A stretch of 64,000 nt of DNA from Octopus sinensis (GCF_006345805.1 NC_043017.1:11036001-11100000), one strand, 5' to 3'. Counted from the first letter of the stretch, positions 38,495-51,195 are shown. Numbers and translations: made by a program. The notes: generated by a model from the letters alone, not told the origin.

Positions 38495-38795
38495 TCACCG
38501 TAACTGACCAGACTATCAGATGTTGCTACACATTGCTGGTCACAATGCGCTTCGCATTGCTTTAGCCTTCACATGACACCACCCCGCTGGCTAAGCGAGC
38601 AGGCGAACAGAAGAAAGAGTGAAGAAAGTTGTGGCAAAGGAGTAGAGCAGGGATCACCACCATCCCCTGCCGGAGCCTCGTGGAGCTTTAGGTGTTTTCG
38701 CTCAATAACCATTCACAACGCCCGGTCTGGGAATCGAAACCGCGATCCTACAACCGCAAGTCCGCTACCCTAACCACTGGGCCATTGTGCCTCCA
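38495..38795 (-). mobile_element. tRNA-derived SINE of a distinct family (family D)
   Basis: Reverse strand TGGCCCAGTGGTTAGG A-box and GGTTTCGATTCC B-box, unrelated body, flanked by (TA)n. Confidence 0.85.
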
Positions 38796-38820
38796 CACAT
38801 ATATATATATATATATATAT

Positions 38821-39063
38821 GGTGGCACGTAAAAAGCACCATCCGACCGTGGCCGTTTGCCAGCGTCGTCTGGCACCTGTGCCGGTGGCACGTAAAAAGC
38901 ACCCACTACACTCATGGAGTGGTTGGCGTTAGGAAGGGCATCCAGCTGTAGAAACATTGGCAGATCAGACTGGGCCTGGTGCAGCCTTCTGGCTTCCCAG
39001 ACCCCAGTTGCACCGTCCAACCCATGCCAGCATGGAAAGCGGACGCTAAACGATGATGATGAT
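38821..39063 (+). mobile_element. Family B element inserted in (TA)n
   Basis: (TA)n on both sides; (GAT)n tail. Confidence 0.9.
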
Positions 39064-40040
39064 ATATATATATATATATGTATGTATGTATACAGTTATG
39101 AATTACACGGCTGAACTGCATCTGTAATAATGTTCAAAGAAATCATACGAGCATGTCCAACTGTATAAAGTTTTATGTTTTCTTCTTCACAGCATCTGAG
39201 GCATCAATAATCGTTATCAGGTTCAAAACATGATAGTCTTACAACAATGCTCTAGATAACAGAAGGAGGCTTATCTGATTGTGGAATATAAATAAAGTTT
39301 ATTTGTTAAGACAAAAGTGAAGAGCGACACATGATAAAATAGGTTACGTCAAAAGAATAAAGATTAATGATTTATGGTGACTGAAACAAGAGAATAATGG
39401 ACCTCATAAACAAGGAGTACAAAGGGCCTTTTGAATGTAATTAACAATCAAAGAAAATTCAAAAGATTGATGGCTAAGAAGTGGATGGTAAATTCTTCTG
39501 TCCTACCTGAAGAAATTTGTCATCATTTTAATGTCCACTTTTCCATGCTTGCATGGGTCGGACAGGGTTTATTGAGGTAGATAACACTGCCATATCAGAC
39601 TGGGCCTGGTGCAGCCTCCTGGCTTCCCAGACCCCAGTCGAACCGTCCAACCCATGCTAGCATGGAAAGTGGACGTTAAACGATGATGATGATGATTTCA
39701 CAAAAATCTTCATTAGGTTCAAAAACATTTAAAATGAAAGCAGAGCATTTCAACAGAAATTGGGTAGCAAAACAATCTGAAACCTAACTGTGAGGTGACC
39801 AGTCAGACAATAGTTTCATGCGATCAGTCTATTAAGTGGTCAATCAGTGTGAAGCCATCACATCTTCCCGAATCTTCTTCTTGTACCCTATATAGTGAAG
39901 ATGCCGACGACTGCTCGGTTCAAAGACTCTCTTGACCAGAAATGGCCTGAACTCTTTGCATGAACACCCCGCCCTGTACATAACTCCATGTCCCCCTACA
40001 TGGCCTTGCTTTTTGCTTTTTGAGCCAAAAAATTAACTTA

Positions 40041-40122
40041 ACCACCATAAACTAAGAATCCAAGAACACCTACACATATACATATATCCCCCCAACCCAT
40101 GACAGCATGGAACATGGATGTT
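40041..40122 (+). mobile_element. 82-bp insertion with 14-bp TSD ending in an RTE 3' stem-loop; matches 32606-32686
   Basis: TSD AAAAAATTAACTTA at 40027-40040 and 40123-40136; 78/81 identity to 32606-32686. Confidence 0.8.
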
Positions 40123-41351
40123 AAAAAATTAACTTATAAAGCTGATTTTGGTGCCATTACTCTTTGCTGAGCATTGAGAGCAGCTGACTCATTCACACGT
40201 TTCACTTCCTACTCAGCAGAATGATGAGCAAGACGTGCCTCTGTTCTTGCCATCCAACGATTCCAGACATTTCAGGACAGCCTGAACTAAACATTCACAC
40301 AATGTCTCATCAGCAACTTCTTCAGATGTGGCACAGTTTTCCCCTTCTCCTCTTTGTCTGTAATTATTGTTTTGCTAACTGTTAAATGGCCAGCATAATT
40401 TGTCTTCATGCACAACAATTACTTCTTCTGCTAAATGTTTGCAGGTGCTGTTTAGTTACTTCTTCACGCAGCCAAAAGACATATTTCCATTCATTAACAC
40501 AAACAGCCACCATAACAGCATTGATAAAATTCCACAAGACCATTCACAACAAGGGCCAATGGTGAATGGGAGAAATTGTGATCCCAGCATCATCACCACA
40601 GAGCTAATATTTTCCAAAGTTTTATTCCTTGCATTATATTAGCACTGACTTATCTATTAGTCTTCTAAGCAGATGGCAGCCCTAGGATATTTTTCTCAAC
40701 TGATGGCTGAACAAAAAAAATACACACATATATAAATAAGATACTGAATACAAATGTAAAAGAAACATCATTAAGGCTCAGGGAAATAATTTTCTTGTAA
40801 ACTGTCAAAAAAATTGTTTTATACCCATCAGTGCTTTAGGATGGATGACTGAAGGAGTGGGTGGATAATTGCAGCTGTTTATGGCGCCACAAATTACAGC
40901 ACAATCGCAATAGAATTTATCAGTCATTTTTGCCATCATTAAAATTATGATTAATGTCATGTTCTAAGAATTACTCAGGAAATTTGGGAATATCAAAAAT
41001 ACATAGGAATACTCTTCAAGTTATTGTTGTTGTTATTATTATTAGCAGTAGAAGTAATAATAGTACAGAGACAATGGCAGCAATCTGGTAGAACCATTCG
41101 TGTGTCTGACAAAAAATGCTTTGTGGCATTTCTTCAGGCTCTTTATGTGCTGAGCTCAAATTCTGTCAAGGTAGACTTTGCCATTCATCCTTTCAGGGTC
41201 ACTAAAATAAGCACTGAAGAGGGTGAGGTAAACGTATTTGGCGTCTCCCTCCACTTAAAATTGCTGGCCTTGTACCAAAATTACAAAGAATTATTAGTAC
41301 ATAGATAATGTTATTAACTGTCTAAAACATTAAGACAAAATGGTTTATTAA

Positions 41352-41573
41352 CCCTTTTGTTACCGTATTTATTTTGAGATGCTCTGTGTTTCTTTCAATT
41401 AATTTTAAATATAACGAAGAATTTAGTAAAATAACTTAGTTATCATTCAGCCAGTGTTAGGAACATAAATTGTGACTAAGGTTTGGTGGAAGATTTTAAT
41501 TCAAAACTTATAAAAACAAATCCTTTGTACTACAGAGCCAGCAGTGGTTTCAGCCGGGTTGGTATGGAAAGGG
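41352..41573. mobile_element. piggyBac-like MITE (second family); truncated near-identical copy at 41680-41801
   Basis: TTAA|CCCTTTTGTTACC ... GGTATGGAAAGGG|TTAA. Confidence 0.88.
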
Positions 41574-43199
41574 TTAAACACACCTCTACATTTGGGCTGA
41601 TGCACATTAGAAGCAGTTGGAAGGGTGCAGATTGAAGGAAATTTAGGCTATTATTTCTGCTGATTATTTTTCTTCTTAACCCTTTTGTTACCGTATTTAT
41701 TTTGAGATGCTCTGTGTTTCTTTCAATTAATTTTAAATATAACGAAGAATTTAGTAAAATAACTTAGTTATCATTCAGCTAGTGTTAGGAACATAAATTG
41801 TTGTAAATGAGTGTCATTGTTATACAAGCAGTGTCATTCATTCCCAATATTTTGTAAAAATAGTTGGCGTTAGGAAGGGCATCCAGCCGTAGAAACATTG
41901 GCAGATCAGACTGGGCCTGGTGCAGCCTTCTGGCTTCCCAGACCCCAGTTGCACCGTCCAACCCATGCCAGCATGGAAAGCGGATGCTAAACGATGATGA
42001 TGTCTGGACATGGATGTAAATATTAGCTCATTTGAAAGCAAGGTGAGGGCTGGTGACAAGGGCATCCAATCATAAAAAAATCTGCCTCAATAAACTCCAT
42101 CCGACCTATTCAAGCATGGAAAAGTGGACGACGTTAGAATAATGACAATGATGATGAATTCATTCAGGTAGGCAGTAAGTTTATCTCTAGCACCTGCTCT
42201 TTAACCATCAATCTGTTTGATTTTCTTTGGTTGTCAATTAGATTCAAGTTGGCCTTTGAACCACTTAAGAACACTCTTGTTCTTTGATTGATTCTTTTTA
42301 TTTTAGCAATTATTCTTTCATCTTTTTCCTTTTGATATAATCTATTTTATTATGCACTCTTCACATTTGTATTACAAATATAAAAAAAACAACAAACAAA
42401 CAACTTATGTTCTCAGTCAACTGATATTTCATTTATCAAAAGCTTATCACAGTTTTTAACCCTTATAACACCTGATGATAATTATTGTTGCTTTCAAACA
42501 CTATACTATTACAGCAACCTCACTAGTGCCAGTGGCATGAAAAGAAGTACACAGTACCATGCTGTTGAGTGCTGGGGCAATAAGAAGGGCATCCAACAGT
42601 AGAAACCAAGCCAAACACAAACACTGGAGCACAATGCAGTCCTCTGACCTATCAGATCCTGTCAAACTGTTCAACCTGGGCCAGCATGGAACATGGATTT
42701 TAAATGATGAAAAGAAAATAACAAAATTAAGAATTCTACAAATTCTTTATGTTCACCAAATTCACTCACAAGGCATTGGTCATCCCATCGTTATAGTTGA
42801 AGACAGGTACTGATTGAACCTAAAACCATGTGATTTCAAAATGAACTTCCAAAGCACATAGCCATGTCTGCACCTAGATGCATCTAGGGTGTGTATGTGT
42901 GTGTGTTTATATGCATATGAGTATTTAATTTACATATTGATATTAAACACATCCTTCAAATAAACTTTAAAAGCTATTCCTCAAAAAAGCAAAAATTCTT
43001 TAAAGGAAGAGACATTTAAAATGCAAAGTCAGGATATTCTAATAAAATAGCAAAATTTAATTTACTGCTTTTGGAAAATTTCTTATTTTCTAAAAAAATT
43101 TCAATTTTAAAAATTTTATATTTTGCAGAATGTGATATGGTGATGGTGCCAGGGGCTGTTTTGATTTTTGTTTCTTTCTATATTTTCTGTTACTTTTTG

Positions 43200-44117
43200 G
43201 TAGTGGTGGTGGTTGGGAAGGGATTCAAAGAATATTGCTTCAGTTAGAATAAAAAACAGGACAGAGAAAATTTAGAGAACTTTTACCTCTGTTGGCAACC
43301 AAAGGTCTCTTTCTCTCTGAGTGAAAAGGAAGACTGTATGATGATATAGGAACAATAATTCTACATAGTAGTCAGAATTGTGGGCCCTGGATTCAGAGGA
43401 CATGCAAAGGCTGAAGCGGAATGAGGCTGGTATGTTCCACTGGATGTGCAATGTAAGTGTTCCTGTGTGACAGAGTGTTAGTGTGTTGAGAAAAAAGTTA
43501 GGCATAAGAGGAATCAGATGCAGTGTGCAAGGGAGGAGAGTGCACTGGTTTGGTCATGTGACGTGCAAGGATGTTAACCGCTCTATAAAGAAATGCCAAA
43601 CACTCAAAGTGGGTGAAACTCATGGAAGAGGGAGACCCAGGAAAAACTGGGATGAAGTACTGAAGGACGCTCTCAGAACACTGAACCATACAAAGTTGAT
43701 GACAAAGAGGCCAAGATATCTGGCACCTTGCTGTACTTAAGCAGAAGACCCATCCTCCACAGCAGAAGTGTTAATGCTACTACTCCTGTTGAAGCGGATT
43801 GACCTGCAAGGGCCCTGTGCCAGTGCCATGTAAAAAAAAAGTACCTGTGTCAGCACCACATGAAGAGTACCCATGTTGGGCCCACATAAGGAGCACCTGT
43901 GTTGGTGCCACATAAAGAGCACCTGTGTTGGTGCCACGTAAAGAGCACCTGTGTTGGTGCCACATAAAGAGCACCTGTGTTGGTGCCACGTAAAGAGCAC
44001 CTGTGTTGGTGCCACATAAAGAGCACCTGTGTTGGTGCCACGTAAAGAGCAGCTGTGCTGGCCCCACTTAAAAAAGCATTCAGCACAATCTATCATGCAG
44101 ATGGTGTTAGGAAGGGT
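43200..44117 (+). mobile_element. Decayed RTE LINE 3' portion with 3'UTR tandem array
   Basis: LRKKLGIRGIRCSVQGRRVHWFGHV...GRGRPRKNWDEVLK, followed by family B-type UTR up to GTTAGGAAGGG. Confidence 0.88.
43891..44046 (+). repeat. 26-bp tandem repeat x6 forming a 52-bp dimer x3
   Basis: GAGCACCTGTGTTGGTGCCAC(A/G)TAAA with strict A,G alternation. Confidence 0.95.
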
Positions 44118-44768
44118 GTAACCCCAAATTTATTGGGTTTTTTTCCATTATGGCATGATAACCAGAATCAGTTTTTCTCTCTGTTGCAAAGTCTAATTCT
44201 TTAAACCATATTCTCTGTTTCTTTTTTCTTTAAGGATCAGCTTGTAGTTTGGATCGAGATTAGCATTAACCAAATAGTTATGCCAAGAATTTGTAAAAGA
44301 AAACCTGATTCTCTAAGCTATAAGTCCTATAGCCAAAAGAATCTGGATAAAGCAGTGAGAGATATTAAAGCAAAAAAAATTACCCTCCGAAAAGCCATTG
44401 TTGCTTATAAAATTCCAGTCGGAACTCTGAGCCATATATTGAACAATAAGCATAGCAGACAACCTGGTCACCCCCCAGAGTGATCACTGAAAAAGAAGCA
44501 GCAGCATTTGTTATTCACATTACAGCTGTTGCAGAATGGGGGTTCCCATTTGATGTTATGGATTTGAGAGCGTTTGGCCATAAATAAAAAAAAACATTAC
44601 TATTCAAATTAATCCCAAATCAGGGGTTACTTTGAACAGCGACAATATATAAAGAAAAGTACCTAATTAGTCCCCTAACATAGTCAAATTTAGTTAAGAT
44701 TGAAAAAAAGATTATAAAATTATTGCAATAAGAAGTCTAAAACTGTTCAAAGTAACTCCGTTTCATGG
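44118..44768 (+). mobile_element. pogo/Tigger-like DNA transposon remnant lacking the DDE domain
   Basis: Right end CTGTTCAAAGTAACTCCGTTTCATGG|TA with inverted subterminal copy GGGGTTACTTTGAACAG at 44623; HTH coding remnant inside. Confidence 0.8.
44280..44587 (+). pseudogene. HTH_psq plus start of CENP-B-type HTH of a pogo-like transposase, frameshifted and truncated
   Basis: MPRICKRK...YSQKNLDKAVRDIKAKKITLRKAIVAYKIPVGTL...PGHPP, then shifted VITEKEAAAFVIHITAVAEWGFPFDVMDLR. Confidence 0.85.
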
Positions 44769-44817
44769 TATACATATAGATAGATAGCAACATATATATG
44801 CAACATTGATTCTTATA

Positions 44818-44988
44818 TCATCATCATTTAGCGTCCGCTTTCCATGCTAGCATGGGTTGGGCGGTTCCACTGGGGTCTGGGAAGCCAGAAGGCTGCACCA
44901 GGCCCAGTCTGATCTGGCAATGTTTCTACGGCTGGATGCCCTTCCTAACGCCAACCACTCCGTGAGTGTAGTGGATGCTTTTTACGTG
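44818..44988 (-). mobile_element. Family B element, 5'-truncated
   Basis: Family match with (CAT)n on plus strand. Confidence 0.88.
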
Positions 44989-45349
44989 TGATGTTTATAT
45001 ATTTATATATTACTATATTTTTAAGCGTCAGATTTTATATCTGTTCTGTAGATATAAATGAATATATGAATATATGTATGTGTTTGATCTTTCTGTGGAT
45101 TTTGTAATGTTCCTTTAGTTGCTGCTCACATTGCCTCCCCTCGGATTAAAAAGTGTATACAGCTCATTTGAGCACTACTATTCCAATCTGTTATATATTT
45201 TGAGTGTTGTTGTCACTAGCGATCTCAAGATATAACTTTGCATTTTGTAATATAGATAGGTAGATAGATAGACAGATAAACAGATAGATAGATAGATAGG
45301 CAGACAGATAGATAGATAGGCAGACAGATAGATAGATAGGCAGACAGAG

Positions 45350-45392
<43 letters not shown>

Positions 45393-45959
45393 AAGAGAGA
45401 TGAATACACACACACACACACACACACACAGATAGATACCCACACCACACACGTATGTATAAGAAGTTAAATTGACAAAACATTTCTTCTTGAGAGGAAA
45501 AGAACAACAGAAAAATAAATTAGGGTAGCATTGAGAAAATATAGTTGACCTAAATAGATATATTATGAGATGAAGTTGCCAGAGTTAGGAGCACTCTGCA
45601 AGTGATTGTAACTTTAAGACCCTCCATTACCAAAATGTGAGTATATACATGCATGCGTGTGTGTGTGTGTGTATGTGTGTGTGTGTATAGCAACAAAATA
45701 ACCACCTACATTTATATATACATACACACACACACACACTTTCCTAAAAATACACGCATAAACAGAAATATACAGGGTTGGGGTTTGGAGGTGCACACTA
45801 GCAGTGTCACACACACACACACAAGTGCACCCATCGAGGTTTCAAGGAGGGAAAGAAGTGGTTTTCATTAAGAAAGACAAAAAAAAACGAGGTAAGAGGA
45901 AAAGGTGGAGAAGAGAATGTGTGCGGTGTATGTATGTATACGAAGGGAAGGGTATATAT

Positions 45960-45995
<36 letters not shown>

Positions 45996-46265
45996 CGTCA
46001 CCCACCACCACTGAAACGAAATTTCCTTCAACCAATAATGTTGTTTACAAACTTAAGCTTATCTCAGAGTGGACAACCAATTCCTTGTTAAATATGAAAT
46101 GGTGGGAAACTTTTTGTTGTTGTTTATTTTTAGCCTTCTGCAAGTGGCAAAGAGCAACGCAGATTTTTATATTCCAATAATGCAGGGTTTGGTTGGGTTT
46201 TTCTTGAGTAATCTAGGTCATTCATGTGACATATTTAATGGGTTCCCTACTCTTACTCTTTTAAT

Positions 46266-46647
46266 TGTTTCAGTCGTTTGACTGCGGCCATGCTGGAGCA
46301 CCGCCTTTTAATTGAGCAACTCGACCCCGGGACTTATTCTTTTGTAAGCCCAGTACTTATTCTATCGGTTCTCTTTTGCCGAACCGCTAAGTAACGGGGA
46401 CATAAACACACCAGCATCGGTTGTCAAGTAATGCTAGGGGGACAAACACAGACACACACACGCATATATATACATATATATACGACGGGCTTCTTTCAGT
46501 TTCCATCTACCAAATCCACTCACAAGGCATTGGTCGGCCCAAGGCTATAGTAGAAGACACTTGCCCAAGGTGCCACGCAGTGGGACTGAACCCGGAATCA
46601 TGTGGTTGGTAAACAAGCTATTTACCACACAGCCACTCCTGTGCCTA
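46266..46647 (-). mobile_element. Family A SINE followed by an older tandem copy (about 46695-47020)
   Basis: Family match. Confidence 0.9.
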
Positions 46648-48239
46648 ACTTCATTTTTTTTTTTTTTTTTTACTTTCCTTTCTATACATATATCTTTTAT
46701 CTTTTACTTGTTGCAGTCATTAGGCTGCGGCCATGCTGGGGCACCACTTTGAAGAGTTTTTAGTTGAGTGAACTGACCCCAGTACCTATTTTTTTCTCTA
46801 AACCTGGTACTTATCTTATTAGTCTGTTTTGCTAAACCACTAAGTTATGAGGATGTAAATGAACCAACACTGGTTGGCTGTCAAGCAGTGGTGAGGGGCA
46901 AACACAAAGACATACACACATCCATAGTGTGTGTGTGTGTGTGTGGTGTGTGTGTGTGTGTGTGATCTTTCAGTTACTGTGTACCAAATCCACTCACAAA
47001 GCTTTGGTCAGCCGAAGGTGCCATGCCTGCACTGTATCTATATCATCATCATCATCATCATTTAGCATCCGTTTTCCATGCTATCATGGGTTGGACGGTT
47101 CAACTGGGGTCTGTGAAGCTGGAAGGCTTCATCAGGCCCAGTCAGATCTGGCAGTGTTTCTACGGCTGGATGCCCTTCCTAACGCCAACCACTCCGTGAG
47201 TGTAGTGGGTGCTTTTTATGTGCCAGACAGAGCTGGCAAACGGCCATGAACGGATGGTGCTTTTACGTGCCACCGACACGGGGGGGGGCCAGACAAACTT
47301 TTTTTGTTTTTACTTTGTTTTTCATTCTTATCCTTATCATCATTATCATGTTTCTAACAAAACTGACTTGTTTTCCTTTCAGCATCTATTACTTGAAAGG
47401 GTGAAAACAAAACAACAACAAAAAAAAAAAAGGAACAACTATGTGCAATCTACTGTTCTGATTTTAAAACTTCTTTCACAGAACCAACAATATCTGGCCA
47501 TTAAAAAAAAAAACAAAAAAAAAAAAAACAGTAAAAAGAAAAGGTATTTTATTTGCTGGTAAAACAATGAAAGAAAATGTACCCCTTGAAGTTTTATAAT
47601 AACTGAGGTAAAGTTACAGAGGAATAAAAATCACCTTGAGAGAACATTAGAAATTGTATAATTACACCTGTCCACTTAAAATGGGAAATAAAATGGCATC
47701 AGCTTGGGTTACATTTAAGTACCCTTGTTAGATGAAATCTGGTTGATTTATGGAGAATAACCATTATCATCATCACCACCACTATTGTTATCATCATTGG
47801 CTTCGTTTTTAACATCCCCTTTTCCAGGAGCTGGATGGAAATTGTTCAGACAGATTTCCTACAGCCAGATGCTGTTCCCCATCTGCAAACACTCCCCAGT
47901 TTCCAAGCAAGGTATTATTTTATCCATGGTCGGACAAGTTTTCATGGAAGATTGGGAAACAAGTGACATCACTTGTATGATCATAGGGCTTGGTTACAAT
48001 TATTTTGTTGTGGCAGGGAGATACACAAACATACATACACACATGACAAGCTTCTTTCAGTTTCCACCAAGCAGATACACTCATAAGACTTTTGGTTGGC
48101 CCAGGGATATAGAAGAAGATTCTTGCCCAAGGTGCCATGCATCGGGACTAAACTGGGAACAATGTGGTTAAGAAACAAACTGAAGTGGTATACAACCATA
48201 CTTTGATGCTGAGACAAGGGTACACACAAAAACCCATGG

Positions 48240-48241
48240 TG

Positions 48242-48326
<85 letters not shown>

Positions 48327-48614
48327 TATGGTGTGTGTGTGTATATATATATATATATAATATGGTGTGTGTGTGTATATATATATATAATATGGTTTGT
48401 GTGTATATATATATATTATATATATGGTGTGTGTGTATATATATATATATATATATGGTGTGGTGTGTATATATATATATAATATATTGTGTGTGTGTGT
48501 GTATATATATATATATGGTGTGTGTGTATATATATATATATATAATATATGGTGTGTGTGTATATATATATATATATATGGTGTGTGTGTATATATATAT
48601 ATATATATGGTGTG

Positions 48615-48660
<46 letters not shown>

Positions 48661-48697
48661 TGTGTGTATATATATATATATATATGGTGTGGTGTAT

Positions 48698-48783
<86 letters not shown>

Positions 48784-48799
48784 ATATATGGTGGGTGTG

Positions 48800-48838
<39 letters not shown>

Positions 48839-48845
48839 TATATAG
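48240..48845. repeat. Compound array of [(TA)n TGG (TG)m] units
   Basis: Direct inspection. Confidence 0.95.
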
Positions 48846-49070
48846 TGTAGGCACGGGCATGGCTGTGTGGTTAGGGAGCTTGCTTCCTAGCTACATGGTT
48901 TCGGGTTCAGTCCCACTGCGTGGCACATTGGGTAGGTGGTCTTCCTCTATAGCCCCGACGCGACCGGAGCTTTGTGATTGAATTCGGTAGGTGGAAGTTA
49001 CTGCCGTGTGTGTATGTGTGCGTATAGCTGCTCAGTGCCTCTCCGAAAGAGAGAGAGGGATATATATATA

Positions 49071-50120
49071 TCATCATCATTTAGTGTCTGCTGTCCATAC
49101 TGACATGGGTTGGATGGTTTGACCAAGGCTAGCAAGATGGAAGGCTGCACCAGACCCCGGTCTGATTTGGCATGGTTTCTATGGCTGGATGGCTTTCCTA
49201 ATGCCAACCACTCCAAGAGTGTAATGGGTGCTTTTACATGTCATTTGCACGACACCAGTATTTTTTCACGTGTCACCAGCATCAACCACATCTACAATTT
49301 CACTTGGCTTGACAGGTCTTCTTCTCAAGCACAGCATATCGCCAAAGGTCTCGGTCACTAATCATTGCCTCTGTGAGGCCCAAAGTTCAAAGATCATGCT
49401 TCACCACTTCAACCCATGTCTTCCTGAATCTACCTCTACCACAGGTTCCCTCCACAGTTAGAGACTGGCACTTCTTTATACAGCTGTCCTCATCCATACC
49501 CATTACATGACCATAGCAGTGCAGTTGTCTACCAGCGCACACCACATCTGATGCCTCTTATGCCCAACTTTTCTCTCGAGATACTTACACTCTGTCAAAC
49601 ATGCACACTGCCATTGCACATCCAGTGAAGCATACTGGCTTCATTTCTCTCAAGCCTACACATGTCCTCGACTGTCACAGCCCATGTTTCACTGCCATGC
49701 AGCATAGCTGTTTCCACACAAGCATCATACAGTCTGCCTTTCACTCTGAGAGAGAAACCCTTTGTTGCCAGCAGAGACAGGAACTCTCTGAACTTTGCCC
49801 AGCCTATTCTTATTCTCACAGCTACACTCTTGGAGCATCTACCTCTGCTAATCACTTGGTCACCTAGATAATGGAAGCTATCTACTACCTCTAGTTTACA
49901 CCACTGGCAGTTGATGGAGTCTCTTTTCTGTACATTTTCGGTCTTTATTGTACCTGTGCAATCTTCCACACACAAAAGTTATTTTCCCTTTTAACCTTCC
50001 TCTGATATTGATGTACCTTTTATATGTTCATAGCTTACACCAGGAACATCTCATAAAGTGTCTACCTTCTCTATATCTCGAGCAGGGCCATCTACCTGAA
50101 GAAATTTGTGATTTGTCTGC
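49071..50120 (-). mobile_element. 5'-truncated RTE LINE (~1 kb) with complete 3'UTR and (GAT)n tail
   Basis: LEVVDSFHYLGDQV...RIRIGWAKFREF...KGRLYDACVETAMLHGSETWAVT contiguous with family B sequence. Confidence 0.92.
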
Positions 50121-50799
50121 CTTCCTACTTACTAAGACTTTGGTTTACACACACACACACAGAATGAGCTTCTTTTAGTGTCTGTCTCCCAAATCCACTC
50201 ACAGCCCAGGACTCTAGTAGAACATTTGTCCATGCAGCAGGACTGAACCAACGAAGACATGATTGGGAAGTAAGCCACTTAACCACACAGCCACGAATGC
50301 AATTTACCATCATAATATTAACATCTAATTTTCCCAGGTGGCGTAGGCTGGATGGAACTACAAGAATGGTCTACATTACCATTCTTTTTTAGCAATGCTC
50401 AAATCACACCACATTACATTCCCTTCCCACATCATTTTTTCCATTTTCTTTTTTGATTTTTCTTCTTCTTTTTTCATGCCTACCAGGTATCGCTTATTAA
50501 CGTGTTTTGCTGCCATGTAACATGAAGCTGAATGCAGATTTACACAAGAACAAACATTTGGTACTCATACTTCCTGGAATCATTGTCTTTAGATTTGTAT
50601 TCTTTTTTTTTTCTTCCTTGAGGGTGTTGTCGATGCTTGCAACAAAACGAGAGAGAGAGGGCAAATCCTAGTAACTCAAATGCACTCAAAGTTAACACAA
50701 GAAACTCTTAACATTTCTAATGGCATTCAACATAACAGGAAAGGTCAATCTTGTTTTCATAAGCGGAAACATGCAAATATATACACACACCCACACCCA

Positions 50800-51195
50800 C
50801 CATGTGTATGTGTGTGAGTGTATATGGTGTGTGTGAGTGTATGGTGTGTGTGTGAGTATGGTGTGTGTGTGTGTGTATGGTGTGTGTGTGTGTGTGGTGT
50901 GTGTGTATATGGTGTGTGTTGTGTATATGGTGTGTGTTGTGTATATGGTGTGTGTTGTGTATATGGTGTGTGTTGTGTATATGGTGTGTGTTGTGTATAT
51001 GGTGTGTGTTGTGTATATGGTGTGTGTTGTGTATATGGTGTGTGTTGTGTATATGGTGTGTGTTGTGTATATGGTGTGTGTTGTGTATATGGTGTGTGTT
51101 GTGTATATGGTGTGTGTTGTGTATATGGTATGTGTTGTGTATATGGTATGTGTTGTGTATATGGTATGTGTTGTGTGTATTGTATGGTGTGTGTT
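50800..51195. repeat. 18-bp minisatellite (GTGTATATGGTGTGTGTT)n
   Basis: About 15 homogeneous units; last three carry a GGTATG variant. Confidence 0.95.

Noticed and set aside
38720-38795. tRNA gene
   Set aside because: A and B boxes are present but no proper acceptor stem; continues into a SINE body
40280-40320. Hammerhead candidate CTGATGA plus stem on the minus strand
   Set aside because: The stem is not followed by GAAA and no other helices form
40140-40400. Possible decayed Helitron or other coding fragment on the minus strand
   Set aside because: Multiple stops and no diagnostic motif that I could confirm
43891-44046. CRISPR-like palindromic 26-bp repeats
   Set aside because: No spacers, no cas genes, eukaryotic context; derived from a LINE 3'UTR
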